The notes: generated from the letters alone by a model not told the origin. A stretch of DNA of 64,000 bases from Eledone cirrhosa (GCA_964016885.1 OZ024759.1:31992001-32056000); one strand, 5' to 3'; positions 1 to 14,392 are shown, numbered from the stretch's first letter. Program-made: numbers and translations.

Positions 1-87
1 GTTTATCCTTTTCAGTATTCGCTTATTCTTTCATTCATTCAGGTCTCCCCACCCCTTTTGTGTGTGTGTCTCTGCGTGTATGTCTGC

Positions 88-130
<43 letters not shown>

Positions 131-297
131 ACACATACACACACATAGACGTACGTTCGTACATACATATATATATTGCGTTACATGAAACTAACATCAC
201 AGTTGATTTTCTTGTTTGTTTCTTTCTTTCTCTCTATTTCGGCGATGGTAGTTTACAGGTTTCGCTATATATATGTATATATGTATATATAGCTATA

Positions 298-346
<49 letters not shown>

Positions 347-349
<3 letters not shown>

Positions 350-447
350 GGAAGGTATAAATACCACCATATTACTTGGACATTCGGCTTCCTGATGATT
401 TCTCCCGAATGAAACAGTTCTAGTCCTGTAGAAGCCATTTCTATATT
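347..447 (+). mobile_element. Family A PLE-like/retrozyme fragment with type I hammerhead ribozyme (386-436)
   Basis: ggcttc-CTGATGA-tttctcccgaat-GAAAC-ag-ttctagtc-ct-GTA-gaagcc: 6-bp stem I, core, short stem II, stem III and GUA triplet; flanked by (TA)n. Confidence 0.85.
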
Positions 448-591
448 ATATATATATATACACACATATATATATATATACACATATATTTATATGTATG
501 TATGTGTATCTATGCATCCAGCTATGTATGCATGTGTTTAACAATGAATGTATGTTTATGTATCAACATACACACACATACATATACATAT

Positions 592-647
<56 letters not shown>

Positions 648-989
648 GAAGGAATCTATTTTTGTGTCTCAATGAATATATATATCGTTATTTTTATGTC
701 ACAATTAATGTATATATCGGTGAGTTTATACATTAATGTATATATATGTGTGTGTTTGAATATGTATATATATTTGTATGAATGAATATGTATCTGTGTG
801 TGTGTGTGTGTGTGAAATGAATGAAAATGTATGTAAGAATGAATCAAATTATTTATGTCTGTATACATATATGAATGAATATGTGTCTGTATATATATAT
901 GAATGAATATATGTATGTATACATATATGAATACACATACTTTCCTAAGAAATTAAGCGTGAAACTAATCTATATCTCTCCATTTCATT

Positions 990-1175
990 TCATCGACTGT
1001 TATCTATTTTCGATGTACATTTCACACACACACACATGAAATGTACATTGAAAAAAGACAACAGACGATTAATCTATCTATCTTACTCCAGTAAACTGTT
1101 GAGTGCTCTAAATCAGTTATAAACATTTATATTTGACGGACTTCCAACAAATTAAATACCACTTCTACTTCTATA
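990..1175 (+). mobile_element. Family D-related 3' tail preceded by an imperfect hairpin
   Basis: Inverted arms around a (CA)n loop (atgtacatttca/tgaaatgtacat); tail ttgagtgctctaaatcagttataaacattt resembles 4700-4770 and 50470-50535. Confidence 0.5.
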
Positions 1176-1189
1176 TAGATATATATATA

Positions 1190-1350
1190 TTAATTCAAAA
1201 TATTAACAAAATAGATATTCTTGTGATCAAGTATATTTTATTATACATATTTCAGAGGTACTGAGTTAAGTTCAACAGTACGTCCTCATCAGATAAAATA
1301 AGATGATGCATGACATACCCTGATATAGTAGATGGTTAAGATTCAGTCAT

Positions 1351-1352
<2 letters not shown>
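1190..1352 (-). mobile_element. Family D element with hammerhead (1235-1299)
   Basis: Reverse strand reads attttat-CTGATGA-ggacgtactg...cagtacctct-GAAA-tatgta-TA-ataaaat; near-identical to 29820-29980. Confidence 0.8.
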
Positions 1353-1403
<51 letters not shown>

Positions 1404-1552
1404 GTATACGTATGTATGCATATGTAGTTGCATGATATCTACTTGTTGCTGGAAGATGTTAGAAATAACAGTCAAATACCCCTCAAATACTAACCAGTCT
1501 TTGTATGTTGACTTTTAAACAACTGTAATATGAGGATACCGACTACACACAC

Positions 1553-1586
<34 letters not shown>

Positions 1587-2254
1587 GTGTGTGTGTGTTT
1601 GAGTTTGTGTGTGATTGAGTATATGTATGTGTCTGTGTGTGAGATATGTGTGTGTGTGAGTGTGTGTATATGTATGTGTCTGTGTGTGATTGAGTATATG
1701 TATGTGTCTGTGTGTGAGATATGTGTGTGTGTGTGAGTGTGTGTATATGTATGTGTCTGTGTGTGATTGAGTATATGTATGTGTGGGTGAGAGAGTATGT
1801 ATGTATATATATATATATATATATATTCCTTAAACAGTGTCTATAATTGGAAATACGTACTTAATATGTACACACACACACACACACACGCATACACAGA
1901 CACACACACACATTTATATATATACACACACACACACACATTTATATATATACACACACAATACATACACTACTATCTCTCTCTCTCTCTCTATACACAC
2001 ACACATAGTTACATACATATACACACAAACATGCATACATAATACATACCTCACTACACACACACACACACGTACATAGCATATACATACACACATACAT
2101 AGCATATATATATACACACATAACATAGCACATATATACACACATAACATATACATACACACATACATAGCATATATATATATACACACATAACATATAT
2201 ATACACACATAACATGTATATATATATAAATGTGTGTATATATATATATACACA

Positions 2255-2332
2255 CAGTGTGTCCCCAAAAATGTATACAAACTCTTATTAGAATGCTGTT
2301 GAAGTGTGTATACATCTTTTTGGGACACCCTG
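2255..2332. mobile_element. Tc1/mariner-type MITE (~78 bp)
   Basis: Imperfect ~28-bp TIRs cagtgtgtccccaaaaatgtatac / gtatacatctttttgggacaccctg. Confidence 0.6.
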
Positions 2333-2409
2333 TGTGTGTATATGTATATATATATAAGTATATATATATATATATATACTTAGGTATATATGTATATATA
2401 TATATATAA

Positions 2410-2463
<54 letters not shown>

Positions 2464-2478
2464 TTAGGTATATATATA

Positions 2479-2536
2479 AGTCCAGAAATAGCCGTCGAAA
2501 CGGCTTGAGCTCTGCCGTCGGGGTCATACTTTTTCC

Positions 2537-2538
<2 letters not shown>
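2479..2538 (+). mobile_element. Family B fragment (3' half of hammerhead)
   Basis: gtccagaaatagccgtc-GAAAC-ggc...gcc-GTC-ggggtc; homologous to 8 other copies; within (TA)n. Confidence 0.75.
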
Positions 2539-2568
<30 letters not shown>

Positions 2569-3774
2569 TATACACACAGGTATATGGGTGGGAGGGGCAT
2601 CCTTTCGTGACGTCTGCAACATTTCGAGTTCCCTGCAACTACACACAGAAACATATATACACCCCCCGTATATGTTTGTGTGTGTATATAAATATACACA
2701 CATGCATATTCGTTTGTGACGTTGCAGTGTATATATAATTGCACACACACACACAGAGACAGACACTCATATGCATATGTGTGTGTATATATATATATGT
2801 ATATATCCTTAAACATTCGATTGTGACCTTACTGAGTATATATACACACACACGCGCACACAGCTACACACACACACACGCACACAGCTACACACACACA
2901 TGTACACACAGATACACACACACGCACACACAGATACACACACACGCACACACAGCTACACACACACACACACACGCACACAGCTACACACACACGCACA
3001 CACAGATACACATACACGCACACACGCACACACAGCTACACACATACGCACACACAGCTACACATATACACACACATGCACACACATGCACACACAACTA
3101 CACACACAGCTACACGTACACGCACACACACACGCACACACAGCTACACGTACACGCACACACACGCACACACAGCTACACGTACACGCACACACAGATA
3201 CACACACACGCACACACAGCTACACGTACACGCACACACAGATACACACACACGCACACACAGCTACACGTACACGCACACGCAGATACATACACACACA
3301 CACAGATACATACACACGCACACACAGATACATACACACACACGGACACACAGACAGGCATTGATTATTTATAAATTATCGATTATTATTATCTGGGATA
3401 GCCTGGTTTCTTCCACCAATGGTGGACTACATCATGAAATCGATCTCTTGAAATTCTAATCAGAAATCGACTATACTGACACCGTTGGATTGTTTTGTCA
3501 AGAAAGACAGAATGCTCACAGTTGGAATACATTAGAACCCAACCCCACCAGCCACCCTCCTCACTAAAACACTCCTCTCCACGGGATAGTCATGGATGGA
3601 ACACGAAAGGGGCGGGCTATTTCTAAGAGTGTTCGCATGTTGCATATATTCAACGCATGCGCAATGAATCAGACCGTTTATTTATTTATTTTTTTCCCCC
3701 CTTTTTTTTTTCATGAAAAATTTCTATTTCGAACTAAAAAGGATATCCCATATGTTTATATCTAAATATCTATC

Positions 3775-4052
3775 TAGGGCGGGTAACATTCCCGACATCC
3801 ATGGACGAGTTCTCTCCAGCGGTCTCTGTCCCTCATTATCGCTGTATGAGAGCCTCCCAAAAGTCAGCTCAAAAGTGACACAGAGGAGACTGAGGTTAGC
3901 TAGACATGCTCACCGACATCCAGAGTTGACATTGCACTCAGTGCTCCTGTGGGAGTCCCTACATGGACACACTGGAAGAGGAAGACCAAGGTTAACGTAT
4001 GTTGATGCCCTAAGGACAGACACTGGTCTGTTGGAGACGCAGGACATGGCAG

Positions 4053-4056
<4 letters not shown>
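3775..4056. mobile_element. RTE-clade LINE 3' fragment with internal inversion
   Basis: + strand 3844-4055 encodes ..RRLRLARHAHRHPELTLHSVLLWESLHGHTGRGRPRLTYVDALRTDTGLLETQDMAA; the continuation and stop lie on the - strand at 3775-3843. Confidence 0.8.
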
Positions 4057-4082
<26 letters not shown>

Positions 4083-4086
<4 letters not shown>

Positions 4087-4343
4087 TGGCTGCCAACTCG
4101 TTTTCGAGTACGGCCACTACTTTATATCCATGTAGGAGAACCCCTACCAATGCGCTGAACAAGTGTGACTTCTTAGTCCAGCCTGCGACTTGAAAACTCT
4201 GGTACAAACACTACACTTGTGACAATTATTGACACATAGTGCTGGGCCCATGGTACCATGTGATGACAAGTGCAGAGAGATCTCCAGATATAAAGCAATG
4301 CCTGTTCTGTGAAGCTTTTATAGGGAGCAAAGGCACTGCACAC
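4083..4343 (-). mobile_element. Family L dispersed repeat (partial copy)
   Basis: Highly similar reverse complement of 21845-22103. Confidence 0.8.
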
Positions 4344-4379
4344 ATACATATATATATATATATATATACATACACAGGC

Positions 4380-4476
<97 letters not shown>

Positions 4477-4477
4477 C

Positions 4478-4770
4478 AATATATTAATAAATGGAAACTA
4501 TATTTATAAAACCATATTTATTTTATGATATATATTTCAAGGGCAACCAAGGCAAATTATGGTGCGCTTTCATCAGATAAAATATAAATTTGTTTTATAA
4601 ATAAATATTGACATACCCGCATAAAGACAACCTTAACGGTTGAGGTTCGTTGGAGAGTTTCCATTTATTGATATATTGAATATTTACTCCACTTAACGGT
4701 TGAGTGCTTTATATCAGTTATAAACATTTTAAAGCTTGTTGAATCCCAACAAATTAAATATAACCTCTGC
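4478..4770. mobile_element. Family D element with hammerhead (4520-4583, - strand) and inverted 3' tail
   Basis: attttat-CTGATGA-aagcgcacca..tggttgccctt-GAAA-tatata-TC-ataaaat on - strand; arms 4478-4500 and 4657-4680 are inverted copies. Confidence 0.8.
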
Positions 4771-6965
4771 ATATATATATATACACACACATACACATAT
4801 ATATATACACACACATATATTTGCGTAATTGTATTGTGGATGTATGCATACACATATGTATATGTATGCATATATGTAACTATATATATATGTGTGTGTG
4901 TTTGTGTGTGTGTATATGTATGCATGTATGCATATATGTAACTCTATATATATGTGTGTGTGTGTGCGTGTGCGTGTATATATGTATGCATATATGTAAC
5001 TATATATATATATATGTGTGTGTGTGTTTGTGTGTGTGTATATGTATGCATGTATGTAACTATATATATATGTGTGTGTGTTTGTGTGTGTGTATATGTA
5101 TGCATGTATGCATATATGTAACTTTATATATATGTGTGTGTGCGTGTACGTGTATATATGTATGCATATATCTAACTATATGTATATATATATATGTGTG
5201 TGTGTGTACATTTATATATATATATAGGTATATATGGTTGTGTGCATGTATGCATGTACATGTGCATATACAGTATGTATGCATGCATATGTATGCACTC
5301 ATATATGCATGTTTGCATGTATGCGTGTGTCTCTTACTGCGTATATGCATGTGTGTGTATGAGTCTGCATCTATGTACATGTGTGTGTGTATATGTGTAT
5401 GTCTGTGTGTGTGTCTGTCTGTGTGTATATGTGTATGTCTGTGTATATGTGTATGTCGGTATGTACATGTGTGTGTGTGTGTGAGTGTGTATATGCATGT
5501 GTGTGTGTCTGTCTGTTTGTGTATATGTACGTGTGTGTGTGTGAGTGTATGCCTCTGTATATGCTTGTTTGTGTGTTCTGTCTGTGTAAACGTGTGTGTC
5601 TATGTATATGTGTGTCTGTGTACATCTGTCTGTGTATATGCTTGTGTATGTGTGTCTGTCTATGTATATGTGTCTGTCTGTCTGTATATGCATGTGTGTG
5701 TGTGTGCGTCTGTGTATGTGTGCGTCTGTGTATATATGTATATATGTATATATGTCTCTATATGTGTGTCTGTCTGTGTATATGCACGTGTGTGTATGTG
5801 CGTCTGTGTATATGTGTCTCTCTATGTATGTGTCTGTCTGTGTATATGCATGTGTGTATATATGTATGTATATGTCTATGTATATGTGTATATATGTCTG
5901 TATATATGTGTCTGTCTGTGTATATGCATGTGTGTATATATGTGCATGTGTGTATATATGTATGTATATGTCTATGTATATGTGTATATATGTCTGTATA
6001 TATGTGTCTGTCTGTGTATATGCATGTGTGTATATATGTGCATGTGTGTATATATGTATGTATATGTCTATGTACATGTGTATATATGTCCGTATATATG
6101 TGTCTGTCTGTGTATATGCATGTGTGTGTATATGTGCATGTGTGTATATATGTATGTCTATGTCTATGTATATATGTATATATGTCTGTATATATGTGTC
6201 TGTCTGTGTTTATGCATGTGTGTATATATGTGCATGTGTGTATATATGTATGTATATGTCTATGTACATGTGTATATATGTCTGTATATATGTGTCTGTC
6301 TGTGTATATGCATGTGTGTATATATGTATGTCTATGTCTATGTATATGTGTATATATGTGTGTATATATGTGTCTGTCTGTGTATGTGCATGTGTGTATA
6401 TATGTATGTATATGTCTATGTACATGTGTATATATGTCTGTATATATGTGTCTGTCTGTGTATATGCATGTGTGTATATATGTATGTCTATGTCTATGTA
6501 TATGTGTATATATGTGTGTATATATGTGTCTGTCTGTGTATATGCATGTGTGTATATATGTATGTCTATGTCTATGTATATGTGTATATATGTGTGTATA
6601 TATGTGTCTGTCTGTGTATATGCATGTGTGTATATATGTATGTCTATGTCTATGTATATGTGTATATATGTCTGTATATATGTGTCTGTCTGTGTATATA
6701 CATGTGTGTGTATATGTGCATGTGTGTATATATGTATGTCTATGTCTATGTACATGTGTATATATGTCTGTATATATGTGCCTGTCTGTGTATATGCATG
6801 TGTGTATATATGTATGTCTGTGTCTATGTACATGTGTATATATGTCTGTATATATGTGTCTGTCTGTGTATATACATGTGTGTATATATGTGCATGTGTG
6901 TATATATGTATGTCTGTGTCTATGTACATATGTATATATGTCTGTATATATGTGTGTCTGTCTGT
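4770..6965. repeat. Compound (TG/TA) microsatellite grading into a higher-order minisatellite
   Basis: Repeating tgtgtctgtctgtgtatatgcatgtgtgtatatatgtatg units; source of the 761, 576 and 458 aa spurious ORFs. Confidence 0.95.
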
Positions 6966-7766
6966 GCTCTAGTGTTTACTCAGCTATTACGGTCGTATCA
7001 CCCCCACCTCACCCCACCCTCCCGCCGCTCCCCACGTCTACCAGTCTCAGTCCTGCCGACATCACCACCTCCCCTCCACTCCTCCCCCTCTCCCTCATCC
7101 CATTAAGGTAGTCTGTAATTAACAGTAATTAGTCCCTCACCCCCCCCCCCCCTATCCTACAGAAGGCCATCACTGACCAAAACACACCATTGTCATCGTG
7201 GCTATTTTTGGAAATACTGATAACAACAACAGCAACAACAACACCACCACCACGACGCCACAACAACAACAGCGCCGCCGCTCCAACGCCACCGCCACTA
7301 CAACCACAACAATAACAATAATATCATCTCCACCACCACCATCACCCTCACTCCAACAATAACAATAACAATAACAACAACAACATCAAAATCTCCGCCA
7401 CCAACACCAAATATTACCCCCCCTCCCCTCCTCCTCCCCCTCCCTCATCCCCATCACAACAACGACACCACCTCCGCCACTAACACCATCATCACACCAC
7501 CACCTCCGCCACTAACACCATCATCACACCACCACCACCACCACAACAACATCACCACCACAACGACACCACCTCCGCCACTAACACCATCATCACACCA
7601 CCACCATCACCACCACAACGACACCACCTCCGCCACTAACACCATCACCCCCACCACCTCCACCTCAACAACAATTTAAATTTAATTTTAACACGTCTTT
7701 CCTTCCTATGTTAAACACTTCACCCGTCTCTTGTCTCGTGTGTGTTTCTTTGTGTGTGTGTATATA

Positions 7767-7837
<71 letters not shown>

Positions 7838-8037
7838 GATTTAAGTTTAATTGCTATACAAAACACACACAAACATATACATACATGCATGCCTATATAT
7901 ATATATATATATACGTGTATAACTAATATATTTTTTCATTGTTATTGTGTTGTTTGCTTTGTTATTGCTGTTTGCCTTTTGCATATATATATATATATAT
8001 ACAGGTATGTATATATATATATATATACACACACACG

Positions 8038-8072
<35 letters not shown>

Positions 8073-8211
8073 CAATGTGTGAGATCCTTGGTACAGTTAG
8101 GTATATTTGAAAAAAAGGAAAAGAATGATATTTAAACATAAAATTACGCAAATGACTTCACTTGTAGTTCTAAACAATTTGATTTAATTTTATATTACGA
8201 GTTGGTAGATC

Positions 8212-8244
<33 letters not shown>

Positions 8245-8869
8245 ATATGTGTGTGTGTATATATATATATGTGTGTATGTGCGTGTATATATATATATAT
8301 ATATATATATAAACGCCATCATCATCATCTTTTCTTGCCGTTTCGAGAAAATGGTGGCGGTGGTGATGGTTAAATTGAAATAAACAGGCTGAAACCATTA
8401 GTAGCAACACTGAACAATACTAACAATATGTAATTTACACCCAAGGCCAGCAATGGTCTTTTTTACAAGTGGGTATGGAGGGGAATGAGAAAATGTCAAT
8501 CCATGTCACTTAACCGGTACTTTATTTTATCAACCTTAGAAGAAGGATGAAAGGCAAAGTTGACGTAACATTAGAAATAACAACGGGGGAATGTACCTTC
8601 TTCTTCACCCCCCCCCCCCCCCATCCCCCACCCAACGTGGGTTGGGAAGGGTGCAGGGGTGGTGGTGGTGATTCACCAGTGGGGGAGGTACCCTACACAG
8701 AAAACTGTAGGTTACCTTGACACAACAAAGACAAGTGCCTCCCTAACCTAATCCTCTCCTCTACCCCCTCCTCCACCTCCAAATTCTCCCCTCCAACCTT
8801 CTTCCCCCCACGCCACACCTTAACATCCTCTTAATTAGTGTAAGGTTAGTTCACTGTCACTGCTGGTGA

Positions 8870-8992
8870 TGATGATGATTATTATTTCGTAACTTCTGAT
8901 GGAGTCCTAGGGACGCCATCACCACACAGTCTGCTTGTTTGTCTAGTAGAGCAACCATCCCTCTCTATCTCCGAACACAGTCGATGTCTTCT
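8870..8992 (-). mobile_element. Possible RTE-like LINE/SINE 3' end
   Basis: - strand ..gatagagagggatgg..gtccctaggactccatcag.. then (aat)/(cat) short tail; ctagggacgccatca also at ~24906. Confidence 0.35.
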
Positions 8993-8995
8993 TCA

Positions 8996-9026
<31 letters not shown>

Positions 9027-9130
9027 CTTCTTCTTCTTCTTCTTCTTCTTCTTCTTCTTCTTCTTCTTCTTCTTCTTCTTCCTCGTCCCTTATTTTTCTC
9101 TCCAAGTGGTTTTAGTAGAAGCTGATAAGA

Positions 9131-9288
9131 CAGGGTCGGATTATGCCCCCCCCCCACCCCCTCCAAGTCATTAAACGACTATGGGCCCCCCCCCATATAT
9201 ACAGTCTGCAAAAAAAAAGTGGTGCCCCTTTCCCCTTATTGATGCTCGAAGGATGCGCTTATTTTCTTTTATGGTTAATCCAGCCCTT
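9131..9288. mobile_element. hAT-like MITE (degenerate)
   Basis: TIR-like ends cagggtcggatta / taatccagccct; internal similarity to 10265-10411. Confidence 0.5.
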
Positions 9289-9992
9289 AAAGGGGGTAGG
9301 TAAGGGTTAACCCTCGAGAGGTAAGGCTATCTCATCGAAAGAGTAGTTTAAAAGGGGGTAGGTAAAGGTTAACCCTCGAGAGGTAAGGCTATCTCATCCA
9401 AACGAGTGATTGATTAAGTGGAAGGGACTGACCAGACTGTATAGACAGGGGTCCCACAATATATAAAGGGTCCCTATCTATTTATTTAGCTACCTTAATA
9501 TGCAACAGACCCGATGAAATTTATAACCAACGGCACCTAGAATTTATACTTTTTCTTTGCTATCATAATTAATATGCAAGGAGACCCGACAGTATATATA
9601 GGGCTCTAAATTCCTTTATTTTAATTTAAAAAAAAATGTTTGCTACCGTAATTAATACATAATGAATCCAAAAAAATTTATAACCAAAGGACCCCAGAAT
9701 CTCCTGTTTTTTTTTGTTTTTTTGCAACCTTAAAGAATATGCAAGGAGACCCTAGAATATCTAAAGGGCCCTATATCCTTTTATTTTATTTTTTTTTTTG
9801 CTATCATAATTAATACGTAAAGCCCTCTATGAAATTTCCAGCGTAGAGGTCGGCCCACGCAAGCTAATTCCCCCCACACCGCCAAACACCCACATGACTT
9901 CATGTGCTTCAACTTCGTCCACCATACTATTTTTTCCGTCAGTCAGCAGGTAGAGGAAGACATTAAATCAGCCTGGTTGTATATTTTCTTAC

Positions 9993-10094
9993 CTGGGAAG
10001 AAGAAGGCGGTACTTCGATCTTTGCTATCGTCTTCAGCTGGTAGTCGGAGCTGTCCTACACGTGACAACAGCTGTTCGACGTAACTTCAGACAT
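9993..10094 (-). other. Candidate non-coding exon (102 nt)
   Basis: - strand acceptor cttctgattacag| and consensus donor cag|gtaaga; stops in all three frames. Confidence 0.3.
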
Positions 10095-10264
10095 CTGTAA
10101 TCAGAAGCTGACTACTGGCCACTCGAAGGGCATTTGAATAATGCCCTCTACCCTCACCCCCACCTCGCCGAATGGAGGGGCGCATTGGGGGGTCACTGCT
10201 AGGAGTAATAAAAAACAACAACTGATAAATATGTCACGTAAAACTGAGGTAATAGCCGCCACAC

Positions 10265-10411
10265 CAGGGCTGAATAAAGTCCTTTAAGGCACTAAACACT
10301 TAAAAGGGTATGGTGCCCCCTATATATATATATATTGAATAAAATGGTGCCCCCCTTCCTTTGATGACTTAGAACATGCTAATTTTTTTTGATAGTCAAT
10401 ATCCAGCCCTG
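10265..10411. mobile_element. hAT-like MITE
   Basis: TIRs cagggctgaata / tatccagccctg; no clear TSD. Confidence 0.55.
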
Positions 10412-10445
10412 CACTATAGAAAGATTGAAACGGGGATACAATGCG

Positions 10446-11920
10446 CCTTAGCTGAGGAGTGTAAACACACCTCTGGCCCTCAGCAGTCTGTTAATCAGTG
10501 TCACCTTTGTTGGGCAGTGATAACACACCTCTGGCCCTCAGCAGTATGTTAGTCAGTGTCACCTTAGCTGAGCAGTAAAACCCACCTCTGGCCCTCAATA
10601 GTCTGTTAGTCAGTACCACCTTAATCGAGCAGTAATAACACACCTCTGGCCCTCAGCAGTATGTTAGTCAGTGTCACCTTAGCTGAGCAGTAAAACCCAC
10701 CTCTGGCCCTCAATAGTCTGTTAGTCAGTGTCACCTTAATCGAGTAGTAAAACCCACCTCTGGCCCTCAATAGTCTGTTAGTCAGTGTCACCTTAGCTGA
10801 GCAGTAATAACACACCTCTGGCCCTCAGCAGTATGTTAGTCAGTGTCACCTTAGCTGAGCAGTAAAACCCACCTCTGGCCCTCAATAGTCTGTTAGTCAA
10901 TGTCACCTTAATCGAGCAGTAATAACACACCTCTGGCCCTCAGCAGTATGTTAGTCAGTGTCACCTTAGCTGAGCAGTAAAACCCACCTCTGGCCCTCAA
11001 TAGTCTGTTAGTCAGTGTCACCTTAATCGAGTAGTAAAACCCACCTCTGGCCCTCAATAGTCTGTTAGTCAGTGTCACCTTAATCGAGTAGTAAAACCCA
11101 CCTCTGGCCCTCAGCAGTATGTTAGTCAGTGTCACCTTAATCGAGCAGTAATAACACACCTCTGGCCCTCAGCAGTATGTTAGTCAGTGTCACCTTAATC
11201 GAGTAGTAAAACCCACCTCTGGCCCTCAGCAGTATGTTAGTCAGTGTCACCTTAATCGAGCAGTAAAACCCACCTCTGGCCCTCAGCAGTCTGTTAGTCA
11301 GTGTCACCTTAATCGAGCAGTAAAACCCACCTCTGGCCCTCAATAGTCTGTTAGTCAGTGTCACCTTAATCGAGCAGTAATAACACACCTCTGGCCCTCA
11401 GCAGTATGTTAGTCAGTGTCACCTTAATCGAGCAGTAAAACCCACCTCTGGCCCTCAGCAGTCTGTTAGTCAGTGTCACCTTAATCGAGCAGTAAAACCC
11501 ACCTCTGGCCCTCAATAGTCTGTTAGTCAGTGTCACCTTAATCGAGCAGTAATAACACACCTCTGGCCCTCAGCAGTCTGTTAGTCAGTGTCACCTTAAT
11601 CGAGCAGTAAAACCCACCTCTGGCCCTCAATAGTCTGTTAGTCAGTGTCACCTTAATCGAGCAGTAATAACACACCTCTGGCCCTCAGCAGTATGTTAGT
11701 CAGTGTCACCTTAGCTGAGCAGTAAAACCCACCTCTGGCCCTCAATAGTCTGTTAGTCAGTGTCACCTTAATCGAGCAGTAATAACACACCTCTGGCCCT
11801 CAGCAGTATGTTAGTCAGTGTCACCTTAGCTGAGCAGTAAAACCCACCTCTGGCCCTCAATAGTCTGTTAGTCAGTGTCACCTTAATCGAGCAGTAATAA
11901 CACACCTCTGGCCCTCAGTA
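10446..11920. repeat. 57-58 bp minisatellite, ~25 units
   Basis: Unit cacctctggccctcagcagtatgttagtcagtgtcaccttaatcgagcagtaa(taaca/aacc) with a few recurring dimorphic sites. Confidence 0.97.
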
Positions 11921-12254
11921 TTCAACATGTTGTTAGTCAATATATCTCAATGGGTTTTAAGGCCAACTCCACCTGTTTGCAATGCACGGCAAATGAATGT
12001 AGGGTGGTTTGGTTTCCCTGAAGATATCTTGGATAGATCCGGGTTTGCTGTTGGCTTCAACGTGGCCCCGTTACTGTAGATGTTATTCCGATCTTTTAAT
12101 ATCTCCACCCCTGGCTAGGATCACAGCCAACCCAGGGGATTGTGGAAATTATTCATAACCCCTGACCTGATGGCGGACCAGAAGAGACCCACAGAAATCT
12201 TACTTTGACCATCATTACTCATGTCCTCCATGAACCCGCTCTACACTCTAGAGG

Positions 12255-13100
12255 GTTGACGTTCTAAGGGCCACATTGCTCACTCCCTAGGGTGGGTGGT
12301 GGTTGACGTCCTAAGAATCGCATTGCTCAAGTCTTGGAGTGGGTGGTGGTTGATGTCATAAGGGTCGCATTGCTCACGAAAATGCTGGGTGGTGGTTGAT
12401 GTCATAAGGGTCGCATTGCTCAGGTCCAGGGGTGGGTGGTGGTTGATGTCCTAAGGGTAGCATTGCTCACGTCAATTCTGGGTGGTGGTTGACATCCTAA
12501 GGGTAGCATTGCTCACGTTTTGGAGTGGGTGGTGGTTGATGTCATAAGGGTCAGGGTCGCATTGCTCAAGTCTTGGAATGGGTGGTGGTTGATGTCCTAA
12601 GGGTCGCATTGCTCAGGTCCAGGGGTGGGTGGTGGTTGACATCCTAAGGGTCGCATTGCTCAAGTCTTGGAATGGGTGGTGGTTGATGTCATAAGCGTCG
12701 CATTGCTCAAGTCTTGGAATGGGTGGTGGTTGATGTCATAAGGGTCGCATTGCTCAAGTCTTGGAATGGGTGGTGGTTGATGTCATAAGGGTCGCATTGC
12801 TCAAGTCTTGGAGTGGGTGGTGGTTGATGTCATAAGGGTCGCATTGCTCAAGTCTTGGAGTGGGTGGTGGTTGATGTCATAAGGGTCGCATTGCTCAAGT
12901 CTTGGAATGGGTGGTGGTTGATGTCATAAGGGTCGCATTGCTCACGAAAATGCTGGGTGGTGGTTGATGTCATAAGGGTCGCATTGCTCACGTCAATACT
13001 GGGTGGTGGTTGATGTTCTAAGGGTCGCATTGTCCATACCCTGGGGTGGGTGGTGGTTGACGTCCTAAGGACCACATTGCACATGCCCCGGGGTGGGTGT
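12255..13100. repeat. 47-bp minisatellite, ~18 units
   Basis: Unit gggtggtggttgatgtcataagggtcgcattgctcaagtcttggaat. Confidence 0.95.
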
Positions 13101-13235
13101 TTGTTGACGGAATACCACCACATTGTTCACGTCGTGGGGGTGGATGGTAGATTTGAAGAATTGTTAGTGTCGGTCGTGATGACTTTCAGTATTTGTCCCG
13201 GTCGATTGCTGTTCAAATCCTGCTGTGGCCTACTG

Positions 13236-13640
13236 GGGTGGTAGACTTAATCTGTTTAATATCATCCCTGGCTCTTGGGTGGTAGACTTAACCTGTCACC
13301 CTGTTAAACACCATCACCTGGTCCTTGGGTGGTAGACTTAATCTGTCACCTGGTTTAACACCACCCCTGGCCCTTGGGTGGTAGACATAACATGTCACCC
13401 TATGTTTAACACCATCCCTGGCCCTTGGGTGGTAGACTTAACCTGTCACCCTGTTTAACACCCCCACCCCACCCCACCACCACCTGCTCCTTGGGTGGTG
13501 GACTTAATACGTCACCCTGTTAAACACCCCCTGGTCCTTGGGTGGTAGACTTAACTTGTCACCCTGTTAAATACCACCACCTGGCTCTTGTGTAGTAGAC
13601 TTAATCCACCATCCGGTTTAACACCCCCACCTGGCCCAGG
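13236..13640. repeat. Diverged ~50-60 bp tandem repeat, ~7-8 units
   Basis: Recurrent cttgggtggtagacttaa.ctgtcaccctgtt(t)aacacc. Confidence 0.85.
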
Positions 13641-14079
13641 GTCACCTATGTTGCAAGCATTCGGGCTTGGTCCTCAGTTTAAATATACCTTCCTTTATTT
13701 CTTCCACCAATTTAGGAGCATTAAGTATTAAATTCTGTCCTCTTATACTTCAAATGTTCACACTGACCTAGCTACTAGTAAAGATACTCTAAACATTTGA
13801 ATTAACAAATCTGTGTTTGTTTTTCTTTTCAAGATATTTTATGATAAATCAAAACAGATTGTTAAGAGTTAAGAAAAAAGCCAGTGTTGGTAGAGTACTG
13901 TGAATGCCTAGCAACAATCTACTTACAGCTTTCTTACGCCCACCCTCAGTTGGCTCTGGTACCAGGACTGGGTTTTAATGAGACTAGCAACGGTAATCCG
14001 TCTGTCTGTCTGTCTCTCGCACACACACACATGTACACTCATAGAGAGGAACATACAGAGAGGCACGCATACATATACA

Positions 14080-14112
14080 CACATATATATATACTCACAC
14101 ACACATACATAT

Positions 14113-14191
<79 letters not shown>

Positions 14192-14346
14192 CCCACATAC
14201 ATATACACACATACATATATATACACACACATACATATACACACACATATATATATATACACCCACATACATATACACACATATATATATACACCCACAT
14301 ACATATACACACATATATATATATATATATACACACACATACATAT

Positions 14347-14392
<46 letters not shown>

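Noticed and set aside
2577-2730. Possible hammerhead half on - strand (GAAA-tgt..ac-GTC)
   Set aside because: No CUGANGA partner and a single copy; insufficient support
4821-7111. 761, 576 and 458 aa ORFs
   Set aside because: Translations of TG/TA repeats that lack stops by composition; the same applies to the other YI/HT/CV-rich ORFs in the track
10005-10045. CTGAAGA..GAAG on - strand as a hammerhead
   Set aside because: GAAG instead of GAAA, and no stem I or III pairing
10446-13100. CRISPR-like appearance of regular repeats
   Set aside because: No unique spacers, no cas genes, eukaryotic context; these are head-to-tail minisatellites
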